From positions 515 to 64,514 of the forward strand of contig DATLRX010000057.1 of NCBI GenBank assembly GCA_035534435.1: DNA of 64,000 bases, given 5' to 3'. The stretch comes from Candidatus Acidiferrales bacterium (GTDB lineage: Bacteria; Chloroflexota; Dormibacteria; Aeolococcales; Aeolococcaceae). The notes below the pieces were generated by a model. That model was given only the letters and a program-made list of their open reading frames with translations, was not told the DNA's origin and made no database searches. The translations under genes and the position numbers were made by a program. This document shows, piece by piece, positions 34,664-43,458 of the stretch (its first letter is position 1; each line of letters opens with the position of its first letter).

Positions 34664-35491
34664 CTAGACCAGCTCGACGATCGATCCGGTCTCACCGTGC
34701 TGGAGAGCCTCGTCGCGACGTCCCGCCACCACGAGGATGCGGTCGTGCACATGGATGACGTCGACGTGGACTCCGTAGAGCTTGGTGAGCGATTCGCTCG
34801 AGACAACTTCAGCCGTCGTTCCCGTCGCGATCCGGCCGTTGGCGACGTAGACGATGCGATCCATCACCGGGAGCAGCGGGTTCATGTCGTGCGTGGAGAT
34901 GAGGACGGCGATTCGTTGGTCGCGGGCGATTCGCGCCAGGAGAGCCACAACTTCCTGCTCGCTGGCGATGTCGAGGTTCGCGAGCGGTTCGTCGAGGAGC
35001 AGCAGGCGCGGATGGCTGATCAGCGCGTGGGCGATGAGGATTCGCTGCTGCTCGCCACCGGAGAGATTGCCCACACGCGCATCCGCAAATCGTGTGGCGT
35101 CGACCGCCTCGAGCATCTCGTCGACCTGTTTGCGACGCCCCGCCGACGGCCACGGAAGGCCGAATCGGTGTCCGTCGATGCCGAGGCCGACGAGGTCACG
35201 TGCGCGCATCGGCATGTCCGGATCGAGCGTGATTCGCTGGGGCACGTAGCCGATGAGCGGATGCCGCGATCCACTTGCGACGTGAACCGTGCCGGCAGTG
35301 GGCGCAATGAGCCCCAGGATGACCCGAAGCAGCGTCGTCTTGCCGGCGCCGTTCGAGCCGATCAGTCCGGTGAATTCACCCGCGTTGACGTGGAAGGTGA
35401 CGTCGTGCAGAATCTCGCGGCCGGACAGCGCGACGCTGATGCCGTCGACGGCGAGAACCTCATCCGGCCTCGTGGCGCCATTTCCCTCCAC
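34664..35491 (-). CDS. metal ABC transporter ATP-binding protein (ZnuC/TroB-like)
   Basis: Walker A GSNGAGKTT, signature LSGGEQQRILIAHAL, Walker B LLLLDEPLANLD. Confidence 0.9.
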   Translation of the reverse strand: MEGNGATRPDEVLAVDGISVALSGREILHDVTFHVNAGEFTGLIGSNGAGKTTLLRVILGLIAPTAGTVHVASGSRHPLIGYVPQRITLDPDMPMRARDLVGLGIDGHRFGLPWPSAGRRKQVDEMLEAVDATRFADARVGNLSGGEQQRILIAHALISHPRLLLLDEPLANLDIASEQEVVALLARIARDQRIAVLISTHDMNPLLPVMDRIVYVANGRIATGTTAEVVSSESLTKLYGVHVDVIHVHDRILVVAGRRDEALQHGETGSIVELV

Positions 35492-35493
35492 GG

Positions 35494-36432
35494 TTACAAG
35501 CTTGCGGTGGAGATGCCGTCTCCCACCGCCCGTTGCAGCGCGGTGACCTCAGCGAGCATCCACGTCTGGTAGGTGAAGCCGGGACTCGGCATCGTTTCGT
35601 ACACGCCGATGACCGGAATGTTCGCGGAGTGCGCAGCGTCGATGAACGTCTGAGTCAGCGTGTCGGTCACCTGCTGGTTGTAGACGAACGCCTTGACCTT
35701 GTGCTGCGTGAAGAGATTCGTCTGGAATGAGATGTCCTGGGGCGAGGGATCGACTCCATTCATGATGTCGGCCTGAAAGCGGAACGGCGTCAGGTTGTCG
35801 GCGCCAGCTGCCTCGAGCATGTAGTCCGCGACCGGTTCGGTGGTGGCCACCGGCGTCCCTGCGTACCGCTCCTTGAAGTCGGCGATTGCCTGCAACCACG
35901 GATTCAGCGATGCAATGAAGGTGGTGGCGTTCTCGCTGAAATACGCGGCGTCAGCCGGCTTCAGTGCCGCGTAGACGCTCGCCAGGGTGGTGGCCACCTT
36001 CGGCATCGTCGTCGGGTCATACCACAGGTGCGGATTCGGAGTGGTATCCGGGAGCCCGAGCAGGTGCTGCACATCGACGACCTTGCGAGCCTGGTTCGGC
36101 GAGGCCGATTCGATCTTGGTCATGTAGTCGTCGTACCCGACGCCGTTCTGGATAACCAGCTGTGCGCTCCCGACCTCCTCGGCAACGCTCGGGCTCACCT
36201 CATAGGTGTGCGGATCGGTGTTCGGGTTACTCTCAATTGAGATGACCGAGACGTCCTTCCCGCCGATCTGCGCGGCCACGTTGCCGTACTGGTTCTCGGC
36301 GGCCACGACCGCGATCGTCCCCGGCGCTGGCTGGATGGTCGTCCCACCGCATGACGTGGCCATCCCGACGAAGGCGAGCCCAACTGCTATCCGTGGTCCG
36401 CACGAGACGCTCCGCGGACTCGGACGTTTCAT
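35494..36432 (-). CDS. metal ABC transporter substrate-binding lipoprotein (ZnuA/TroA cluster A-I type)
   Basis: 312 aa. Signal peptide plus Cys (FVGMATSCGG); DPHTYE and NPHLWYDP metal-ligand His motifs. Confidence 0.85.
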   Translation of the reverse strand: MKRPSPRSVSCGPRIAVGLAFVGMATSCGGTTIQPAPGTIAVVAAENQYGNVAAQIGGKDVSVISIESNPNTDPHTYEVSPSVAEEVGSAQLVIQNGVGYDDYMTKIESASPNQARKVVDVQHLLGLPDTTPNPHLWYDPTTMPKVATTLASVYAALKPADAAYFSENATTFIASLNPWLQAIADFKERYAGTPVATTEPVADYMLEAAGADNLTPFRFQADIMNGVDPSPQDISFQTNLFTQHKVKAFVYNQQVTDTLTQTFIDAAHSANIPVIGVYETMPSPGFTYQTWMLAEVTALQRAVGDGISTASL

Positions 36433-36479
36433 GAGACCGTAGTCTACATGAAACTCAGTATCGTTTAGCCTCAGAACCC
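36433..36479 (-). promoter_or_regulatory. AT-rich promoter/operator candidate upstream of the metal ABC operon
   Basis: This 47-nt gap is the most AT-rich stretch nearby. Minus-strand reading: GGCTAAACGATACTGAGTTTCATGTAGACTACGGTCTC-ATG. It has a TAGACT -10-like hexamer 8 nt before the ATG, and TGAGTTTCA resembles a Zur-box half site (TGATTTTCA). Confidence 0.35.
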
Positions 36480-37211
36480 CTATGCTGGACTGCCGTAGCC
36501 GGCGAGAGCGCTCCCGAGATCAAGCGAGCCCTCCTGCAGCGCCCGCCCGATGAGGACGCCACTGGCACCCGCGGCGGCACATGCCGCGATGTCCTCGACG
36601 CTCCCGATGCCTCCGGACACCATCACGGGCCCGCCGTAGAGGTCGCGGCAGATCTGCAGGCCGTCGAGGTTGGGGCCGCTCATCAAGCCGTCTCGTGCGG
36701 TGTCCGTGTAGACGAGCCCGGCCGCGGGCCAGCGCCGCCACCGGCGCAACAGCTCCGTGGCTGCGAGACCATCCTCGGTCCAACCCTGCCCCCGCGACGC
36801 GCCGGCACGGACGTCGAGCCCGAGGAGCACGCGGCCGTTGGCCGCGGCGCAGATCTCCGCCGCGAGCACGGGTTCGCGCGCGGCAACGCGCCCGATGATC
36901 ACGAGCGATGCGCCGCTCTCGAGCCAGCGCACCGCGGTGTCGACACTGCGGACCCCGCCGCCGACCTGCACGGTGCATCCGGACGCCACGCTGACGTTGA
37001 CGACGCGCGCGACCGTCTCCGCGCTCTCGCGAGACGGCAATCCCCGTGCGGCGTCCAGGTCGACGACGTGCAGCCGGACCGCGCCGTCGTCGATGAACGT
37101 GCGCGCGAGCGTCGCGGGGTCCGCGGCGTACACCGTCGGTTGCGCGTACTCCCCCTGCGCGGGCCGGACACTGCGGCCGCCCTGCACGTCGATCGTCGGG
37201 ATCACCAGCAT
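36480..37211 (-). CDS. hisA: HisA/PriA-family phosphoribosyl isomerase ((beta/alpha)8 barrel)
   Basis: ATG 37211 (MLVIPTIDVQGGRSV) in ORF 36480..37247(-). VQVGGGVRS and VSGGIGSVEDI phosphate-binding motifs. Sits apart from any other his gene except hisN. Confidence 0.6.
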   Translation of the reverse strand: MLVIPTIDVQGGRSVRPAQGEYAQPTVYAADPATLARTFIDDGAVRLHVVDLDAARGLPSRESAETVARVVNVSVASGCTVQVGGGVRSVDTAVRWLESGASLVIIGRVAAREPVLAAEICAAANGRVLLGLDVRAGASRGQGWTEDGLAATELLRRWRRWPAAGLVYTDTARDGLMSGPNLDGLQICRDLYGGPVMVSGGIGSVEDIAACAAAGASGVLIGRALQEGSLDLGSALAGYGSPA

Positions 37212-37295
37212 CGCCGGATGCTCCGTCGAGAGTCGACAATGCGCCACAGCGCGCCGGGGCCCTCCATGCGGGGATTCTACGAGCCCCGCTGGGAT

Positions 37296-38063
37296 TTATC
37301 CGTCCGGCGCGCTCATCAGCCGGACCATCTCGTCGTGGAGCCGGCCGTTGGTGGAGATGACGTTTCCCGAGTCGATGCGGTCGGCTCCGTCGAAATCGCT
37401 GAACCGGCCTCCAGCCTCGGCGATGATGACCTGCGTGGCAGCAACGTCCCAGGGGTTGACCCACGCCTCGACCGCGACGTCGATGACGCCCTCCGCAACG
37501 AGCATGTGGGACCAGAAGTCACCGAGCGCACGCACCACACGGGCGCGGCGCAGCACCTCCCGGAAGCCCGCTTCGCCTCGCCGCGCCGCGAAGTCGCGGA
37601 CGTCGGTGCACGACACGTACGCCTCCTCGAGGGTTGGCGTCCGCGACACGCGCATGCGCCCCGACTCGGTGAAGGCACCCTGCCCCGTGGCGCCCCACCA
37701 TCGCCTCCCGAGCGCCGGGGCCGAGACGACGCCGCACACAGCGCGCTCGCCGCGCATCAGCGCGATGAGCGTCGCCCACACGGGGACGCCGTTCGCGTAG
37801 CTCACGGTGCCGTCGATGGGGTCGAGCATCCAGCGCCAGTCCGTGTTCCCCTCGCCTCCATACTCCTCACCGACGATCTGCTGCTCGGGGCGGAGCCGTC
37901 CGAGCGCCTCGCGAAGGGCCTCCTCCGTGGCGCGATCGGCGTCGGTCACCGGGGTGTTGTCCGCCTTGGTGTCGACGCGCAGGTCGGGCGCGCGAAAGCG
38001 TGCGAGCGTGATCGCGTCGGCGATCTCGGCGAGTTCGAGTGCGACCTCGAGGTGTGACTGCAT
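37296..38063 (-). CDS. hisN: inositol-monophosphatase-family protein, probable histidinol-phosphatase
   Basis: ATG 38063 (MQSHLEVALE) in ORF 37296..38402(-). DTKADNTPVTDADR, WMLDPIDGT and NPWDVAA are IMPase motifs. Adjacency to the hisA-like gene suggests HisN. Confidence 0.6.
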   Translation of the reverse strand: MQSHLEVALELAEIADAITLARFRAPDLRVDTKADNTPVTDADRATEEALREALGRLRPEQQIVGEEYGGEGNTDWRWMLDPIDGTVSYANGVPVWATLIALMRGERAVCGVVSAPALGRRWWGATGQGAFTESGRMRVSRTPTLEEAYVSCTDVRDFAARRGEAGFREVLRRARVVRALGDFWSHMLVAEGVIDVAVEAWVNPWDVAATQVIIAEAGGRFSDFDGADRIDSGNVISTNGRLHDEMVRLMSAPDG

Positions 38064-38115
38064 GTCGAGCGCATAGTGTCGCGATCCGCGAGTCCCTCGT
38101 GCCTTTCTCCATACC

Positions 38116-38802
38116 ATGGCCCCGATGACCGACGCCGCAATCGCCGCACCCGTGCCCGCGAGCACCGTCGCACTGCTCCGCGATGTCGACGGAGGCGTTG
38201 AGGTGTGCATGCTGCGGCGGCCCGGCCGGAGCAGCTTCGCCGCCGGCGCCTTCGTCTTTCCCGGCGGTGCCGTCGACGCCGAGGACGGTTCCGGTCCGGA
38301 CGCGTACCGCGTCGCCGGCATCCGCGAGGTGCTGGAGGAGGTCGGTCTCCTGATCGGCGGCGCAGCGGCGGGCACGGGAGACGACGATCTCGACGTGCGC
38401 ATCAGCGCGGCGCGCGCTCAGCTCCTCGGCGGAGGGCGCCTCGCGGATGCGCTTGCCGCGCACGGTCTCGTCATCACGCCGGAGGACCTGGTCTACATCG
38501 CGCACTTCATCACGCCGCCGCGGGAAGGCCGCCGCTACGACACGCGGTTCTTCGGCATGCGTGTCGGCTCGCAGCAGGATGTTCGCGTCCATGCGGCCGA
38601 GGCCGTGGAGGGCGGATGGCACCGTCCCGAATCGATGCTGGCGCTGCAGTTCCCGGAGATCATGCCGCCGACGCGGATGATGTGCCACGAGTTCGCGCGA
38701 CTTGGATCGGTCGATGCGATCCTGACAACGCTCGTCGCCCGCCCCATCGAGGTGACCGACATCACGCCGGAGATCATCGCCGGATGGATGGGCCTCCAGT
38801 GA
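38116..38802 (+). CDS. NUDIX hydrolase
   Basis: 228 aa. Nudix box FPGGAVDAEDGSGPDAYRVAGIREVLEEVGL. Confidence 0.8.
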   Translation: MAPMTDAAIAAPVPASTVALLRDVDGGVEVCMLRRPGRSSFAAGAFVFPGGAVDAEDGSGPDAYRVAGIREVLEEVGLLIGGAAAGTGDDDLDVRISAARAQLLGGGRLADALAAHGLVITPEDLVYIAHFITPPREGRRYDTRFFGMRVGSQQDVRVHAAEAVEGGWHRPESMLALQFPEIMPPTRMMCHEFARLGSVDAILTTLVARPIEVTDITPEIIAGWMGLQ

Positions 38803-39620
38803 GCGACACGACGACGCGCGTGCTCGCACCCAACCCATCGGTGTTCACCGGGCCCGGCACCAACACATACCTCGTCGGCGGTGAGCGCTCGCTCATCTGC
38901 GTCGATCCGGGGCCGGATGACGACACGCACCTCGCAGCGATCCTCGCGGCGGCTGCGGCGCGCGGCGCGCGTATCGAGACGATCGTGCTCACGCACTCGC
39001 ATCCCGACCATCGCCCACTCGCGGCGCGCCTCGCCACGCAGACCGGCGCACGCGTCCACTGTTTCGATCCGTCGGCAGGCGACGAGCACGCGGACGTGAT
39101 GCGCGACGGTGACGTTGTGCACGCCGACGGTGTCGTACTCGTCGCCGTGCACACACCCGGGCACACACGCGACCATCTCTGCTTCCACGACGCGGCGGCG
39201 CGTGCGCTGTACTCGGGTGATCACATCCTCAGCGGCACGACGACCGTCATCCCTCCGGGCGAGGGCGACATGTCCGACTACATGGACTCGCTGCGCCGGG
39301 TGCGCGACCTCTCGCCCACCACGCTCTACCCGGGCCACGGTGAGCGTGTCGATGATGCCGCGGCGCTCATCCGGGAATACATCACGCACCGTGAGCAGCG
39401 CGAGGCGCAGGTGCTCGGCGCGGCGCGAGGTCACGGCGACGCGTTCATCCCGATGGACCTCGTTCCCGGGCTGTATGCGGCCTACCCCGTCGAGGTGTAT
39501 CCCCTCGCCGCGTGGACGGTCCAGGCGCACCTCGACAAGCTGGTGCGCGACCACCTCGTCGATCGAGTCGACGTCCCCGCGGCATCCGGCGCACCGCGGT
39601 ACGTCGCGCGCCGCGCGTAG
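38799..39620 (+). CDS. MBL-fold metallo-hydrolase
   Basis: GTG 38799 (GTGA overlap with the Nudix stop) in ORF 38205..39620(+). LTHSHPDH, HTPGHTRDH, YPGHG. Confidence 0.8.
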   Translation: MSDTTTRVLAPNPSVFTGPGTNTYLVGGERSLICVDPGPDDDTHLAAILAAAAARGARIETIVLTHSHPDHRPLAARLATQTGARVHCFDPSAGDEHADVMRDGDVVHADGVVLVAVHTPGHTRDHLCFHDAAARALYSGDHILSGTTTVIPPGEGDMSDYMDSLRRVRDLSPTTLYPGHGERVDDAAALIREYITHREQREAQVLGAARGHGDAFIPMDLVPGLYAAYPVEVYPLAAWTVQAHLDKLVRDHLVDRVDVPAASGAPRYVARRA

Positions 39621-39624
39621 CGTC

Positions 39625-40797
39625 CTACCGCCGGCGGATCTTGCCCAGCGCGGTGCGATCGAGACTCTCGACGAGGATCAGCTCGCGCGGGAGCTTGTGC
39701 CGGGCGATCGTCGCCCCGGCATACGTGCGCAACGACTCGAGCGTCGGCGGCGCACTGTGGCTCGCCGGCACGACACGGGCGACAATGCGCTGCCCCCACT
39801 CGCGGTCGGCGCTCGCCGAGACGGCGACGGCGGAGACACCGGGATGCCCGGCGAGCGCGGCCTCGACCTCGGCCGGCCAGATCTTCTCGCCCCCGCTGAC
39901 GATCACATCGGCGAGCTTCCCGCGAACCCGCACGGTGCCATCGGCGTCGATCTCGCCACCGTCGCCTGTGCGCAGCCAGCCGTCCGCATCGAACGCCGCG
40001 GCGGTGGCCGCCTGATCGAGACGGTACCCGCGCATGAGCGTGGGTCCCCGGATCAGCAGCTCGCTCCCTGCGGTGGCGTGCACCTCGACGCCGGGAAGCG
40101 GGCGGCCGTCGTAGACGACACCGCCGCACGTCTCCGTCATGCCGTATGTCTGCACCACCGGCGCGCCGGCGGCAACCGCCCGGTCACGCAGGGGTGCATC
40201 CATGCCTGAGCCACCGACGAGCATCGCGCGAAAGTGGCGCAGGCCGGCGCCGGCGTCGAGCAGGCGGGTCAGCTGCGTCGGGACGATCGACGTGAAGCGC
40301 GCGTCGGGAAGCCCCGCCACGGTCCCCGCCGTGAGCTGGCTGCGAAAGCTCACCGGTGCGCCGAGCAGGAGATGCCGGTAGACCACGAGCATGCCGCCGA
40401 TGTGCGCGAGCGGCAGGCACGACAGCCACCGGTCCGTGGCACCCGCTCCCAGCACGACGGCCGATGCGCGGATCGCCGCATCGACGGCGCTATGCGGCAG
40501 CTCCGCGAGCGCGGGCGTGCCGGATGTCCCGGAGGTCGCGATCACGAGTGCTATCGCCTCGTCTGCGGGCGCGCCGTCGACCCGGCGCATGCCGTCCGTG
40601 TCGACGAGCACCGTCGGCCGCGCGCGCTCCAGCAGCCGCTCGCGCTCCGGAGTGGTCAGACCCATGTGAAGCGGGAGGACCGCGAATCCCAGGTCGAGCG
40701 CGCTGCGCAGGATCGGCAGCCACGCCCGGCCGGGCGGCAGCGCGACAGCCACCAGGTCTCCGGCTCGGACCGTGTTGCGACGGGAGGGAATCGGCAC
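39625..40797 (-). CDS. menE: o-succinylbenzoate-CoA ligase (short AMP-dependent synthetase)
   Basis: 390 aa. [28 protein letters not shown] and a terminal GKIRR adenylation motif. Assignment supported by men cluster context. Confidence 0.8.
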   Translation of the reverse strand: MPIPSRRNTVRAGDLVAVALPPGRAWLPILRSALDLGFAVLPLHMGLTTPERERLLERARPTVLVDTDGMRRVDGAPADEAIALVIATSGTSGTPALAELPHSAVDAAIRASAVVLGAGATDRWLSCLPLAHIGGMLVVYRHLLLGAPVSFRSQLTAGTVAGLPDARFTSIVPTQLTRLLDAGAGLRHFRAMLVGGSGMDAPLRDRAVAAGAPVVQTYGMTETCGGVVYDGRPLPGVEVHATAGSELLIRGPTLMRGYRLDQAATAAAFDADGWLRTGDGGEIDADGTVRVRGKLADVIVSGGEKIWPAEVEAALAGHPGVSAVAVSASADREWGQRIVARVVPASHSAPPTLESLRTYAGATIARHKLPRELILVESLDRTALGKIRRR

Positions 40798-40883
40798 TGC
40801 TTCGAGCGTACCGCCCGCGCCGAGCCCGTCGGGCTACCATCGGGGCGAACGCGCAAGCGCGATCGATTCGAGATCAGCCTGAG

Positions 40884-41708
40884 GTGTATCGCATCGTGGA
40901 GTGGGTCGCGACCGGCGAATGGGAGGACATTCGCTACCAGACCGCCGGCGGCATCGCCAAGCTGACGATCAACCGGCCCGAGGTTCGCAACGCCTTCCGG
41001 CCCACGACGCTGTTCGAGCTCACCCGCGCGTTCGAGATGGCACGCGACGACCCGGAGATCGGGGTGATCATCCTCACCGGCGAGGGGCCGGATGCGTTCT
41101 GCTCGGGTGGTGATCAGCGCATCCGCGGCGACGACGGGTACCGCGACGCCACAGGTGTCGGGCGGCTCAACGTCCTCGACCTCCAGGTGCAGATCCGACG
41201 GTTGCCGAAGCCCGTGATCGCCATGGTCGCCGGTTACGCGATCGGCGGCGGCCACGTGCTCCACCTCGTGTGCGACATGACCATCGCCGCTGAGAACGCG
41301 CGCTTCGGTCAGACCGGCCCGAAGGTCGGCTCGTTCGACGCCGGGTACGGGTCGGGCCTGCTCGCCCGGACCATCGGGCTCAAGCGCGCGAAGGAGATCT
41401 GGTTTCTCTGCGAGCAGTACGACGCCGCGACCGCCGAGCGCTGGGGGCTCGTGAACCGCGTCGTTCCGCTGGAAGGGCTCGAGGAGGCAACCGTCGCGGT
41501 GTGCAACCGCATGCTCGAGATGAGCCCGCTTGCGTTGCGCCTGCTGAAGGCGGGCTTCAACGCAGACCAGGATGGTCTTGCGGGCGTGCAGCAGCTCGCC
41601 GGCGACGCGACCCTCCTCTACTACATGAGCGAGGAGGCGCAGGAAGGGCGCGACGCATACGTGCAGAAGCGAAAGCCGGACTTCGCGAAGTTCCCACACC
41701 GCCCGTGA
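40884..41708 (+). CDS. menB: 1,4-dihydroxy-2-naphthoyl-CoA synthase
   Basis: GTG 40884 (or 40896) in ORF 40356..41708(+). [39 protein letters not shown] are crotonase/MenB motifs. Confidence 0.92.
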   Translation: MYRIVEWVATGEWEDIRYQTAGGIAKLTINRPEVRNAFRPTTLFELTRAFEMARDDPEIGVIILTGEGPDAFCSGGDQRIRGDDGYRDATGVGRLNVLDLQVQIRRLPKPVIAMVAGYAIGGGHVLHLVCDMTIAAENARFGQTGPKVGSFDAGYGSGLLARTIGLKRAKEIWFLCEQYDAATAERWGLVNRVVPLEGLEEATVAVCNRMLEMSPLALRLLKAGFNADQDGLAGVQQLAGDATLLYYMSEEAQEGRDAYVQKRKPDFAKFPHRP

Positions 41709-42604
41709 TCGCGGAGGCGGCGCCCCGGCCGGGACCGCTCGCCGTCTGGTGGATCGGGGCTCGACCACGAACGCTGGTCGCGGCAATCGTGCCCGTGCTT
41801 GTCGGCGCGTCATGGGCGGGACGGCATGCGGTGTCGATTCCGCGATCCCTGCTCGCGTTGCTGGTGGCCGTCGCGTTCCAGATCGGCGTCAACTACGCCA
41901 ACGACTACTTCGACGGTGTGCGGGGCGTGGACACGGCAGCACGCATGGGACCGAGGCGTCTTGTCGCGTCCGGCCTTGCTCCGGCACGCGCAGTCGCGAC
42001 TGCCGCGATCGTGATGGTGAGCGTCGGCGCGATCGCCGGCCTTGCGCTGGCGCTGCTGACGACGCCGTGGCTCATCGCGGCCGGCGCCGCCTCTGTGCTC
42101 GGACTGCTCCTGTACTCGGGAGGCCCGTGGCCGTATGCGTCGGTCGGTCTCGGCGAACTCTCCGTGTTCGTCTTCTTCGGGCTCGTCGCGACGTGCGGCA
42201 CCGCATACGTGCAGCAGGACCGGCTCGACGCGAGCGTGCTCTGGCTCGCGGTCCCGGTCGGCCTGCTCGCATGCGCGCTGCTGATGGCCAACAACCTTCG
42301 CGACATCCCGACGGACAGCCTCGCGGGGAAGCGGACGCTGGCCGTGCGGCTCGGCGCGCAGCGCAGCCGCGCGCTGCTGGTCGCGACGGTCACCGTCGCG
42401 CTGCTTGTGCCGACGGTGGGCGCGCTGGTTCGCTCGCTGCCGTGGTTGACGGTCTTGACGTTGATCACCGTGCCGCTGGCAATCGCGCCGCTGCGCGTGG
42501 TGCGTGCCGCCGAAGGACGCGCGCTCGTCCCTGCGCTCATCGGAATCACCCGGCTCGAGCTGGTGTTCGGCATCATCCTCGCCGGGGCGCTGCTGGCGTC
42601 GTGA
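41705..42604 (+). CDS. menA: 1,4-dihydroxy-2-naphthoate polyprenyltransferase
   Basis: GTG 41705 (GTGA overlap) in ORF 41501..42604(+). UbiA-family NYANDYFDG and NNLRDIPTD motifs; multi-TM. Confidence 0.9.
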   Translation: MIAEAAPRPGPLAVWWIGARPRTLVAAIVPVLVGASWAGRHAVSIPRSLLALLVAVAFQIGVNYANDYFDGVRGVDTAARMGPRRLVASGLAPARAVATAAIVMVSVGAIAGLALALLTTPWLIAAGAASVLGLLLYSGGPWPYASVGLGELSVFVFFGLVATCGTAYVQQDRLDASVLWLAVPVGLLACALLMANNLRDIPTDSLAGKRTLAVRLGAQRSRALLVATVTVALLVPTVGALVRSLPWLTVLTLITVPLAIAPLRVVRAAEGRALVPALIGITRLELVFGIILAGALLAS

Positions 42605-43458
42605 GGCGACTCCACTTCAGCATCGAGCTCCTCCACCCGGTGATGGGCGTGACGAGGCGCAGCGGCTACCTGCTCGAAGGGCCGGCCGGGTGGGGGGAAT
42701 GCTCGCCGCTCGCGAGCTGGAACGAGGCCGAGCGCGAGGCGGCGGAACGCTCGGCGCTCGAAGCGGCGATGCTGCCGTTTCCCGCGACTGACAGCGCGCG
42801 AGTCGCGGTGAACGCGATGATCCCCCGTGTCGCACCCGATGTTGCTGCCACTCTTGCCCTCAACTCGGGGTGCGGCACGGTCAAGGTGAAGGTCGGCGAT
42901 GCCGACTCACTGGACAGGGTCGCCGCGGTCCGGGCTGCGTGCGGCCCCGGGGTGCGCATCCGGCTCGACGCCAATGGCGCGTGGGACGTCGACACCACGC
43001 TGCGCATGCTGACCGTGCTCAGCGTGTACGACATCGAGCTGGTGGAGGACCCGGTCGTGTCGCTCGAGGAGCTGGCGACACTTCGCGGCCGCGTCCCCAT
43101 GCCGATTGCAGCCGAGTCCTCGATCCGGACTGTGGCAGACGCGCGTCGCTTCCACGACATCGAGGCCGCGGACGTGATCGTCCTCAAACCGCAACGTATC
43201 GGTGGCGTCCGTGAGGCCCTTCGCGCCGCGGAGGCCGCCGGAGTGCCCGCGATCGCGTCGAGTGCTCTCGAGACCTCCGTGGGGCTCGCCGCGGTGGTCG
43301 CGCTTGCGGCGTCCCTGCCGGAGTCGCCGTTCGCGCACGGCGCCGGCACAGCGCTGCTGCTCGCGACGGATGTCGTCAGCGATCCGCTGCTGCCGGTGAA
43401 CGGCTGGATCGTCCCGCGACGCCCGCATGTCAGGGCCGACGTCCTCACCCCGGCATGA
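42601..43458 (+). CDS. menC: o-succinylbenzoate synthase (enolase superfamily)
   Basis: GTG 42601 (GTGA overlap) in ORF 41749..43458(+). KVKVG, RLDANGAW, ELVEDP, VLKP pattern. Supported by men context. Confidence 0.85.
   Translation: MRRLHFSIELLHPVMGVTRRSGYLLEGPAGWGECSPLASWNEAEREAAERSALEAAMLPFPATDSARVAVNAMIPRVAPDVAATLALNSGCGTVKVKVGDADSLDRVAAVRAACGPGVRIRLDANGAWDVDTTLRMLTVLSVYDIELVEDPVVSLEELATLRGRVPMPIAAESSIRTVADARRFHDIEAADVIVLKPQRIGGVREALRAAEAAGVPAIASSALETSVGLAAVVALAASLPESPFAHGAGTALLLATDVVSDPLLPVNGWIVPRRPHVRADVLTPA

Noticed and set aside
32935-34806. 623-aa ORF read as a single protein
   Set aside because: Only the C-terminal 281 aa (from ATG 33780) look like a permease. The upstream part is the out-of-frame shadow of the first permease gene (33780-34661).
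37248-37295. Hairpin GCGGGG-N10-CCCCGC after the hisN stop as a terminator
   Set aside because: The stem is only 6 bp with a 10-nt loop and no U-tract. The hisA-like gene follows within 85 nt on the same strand, so co-transcription is more likely.
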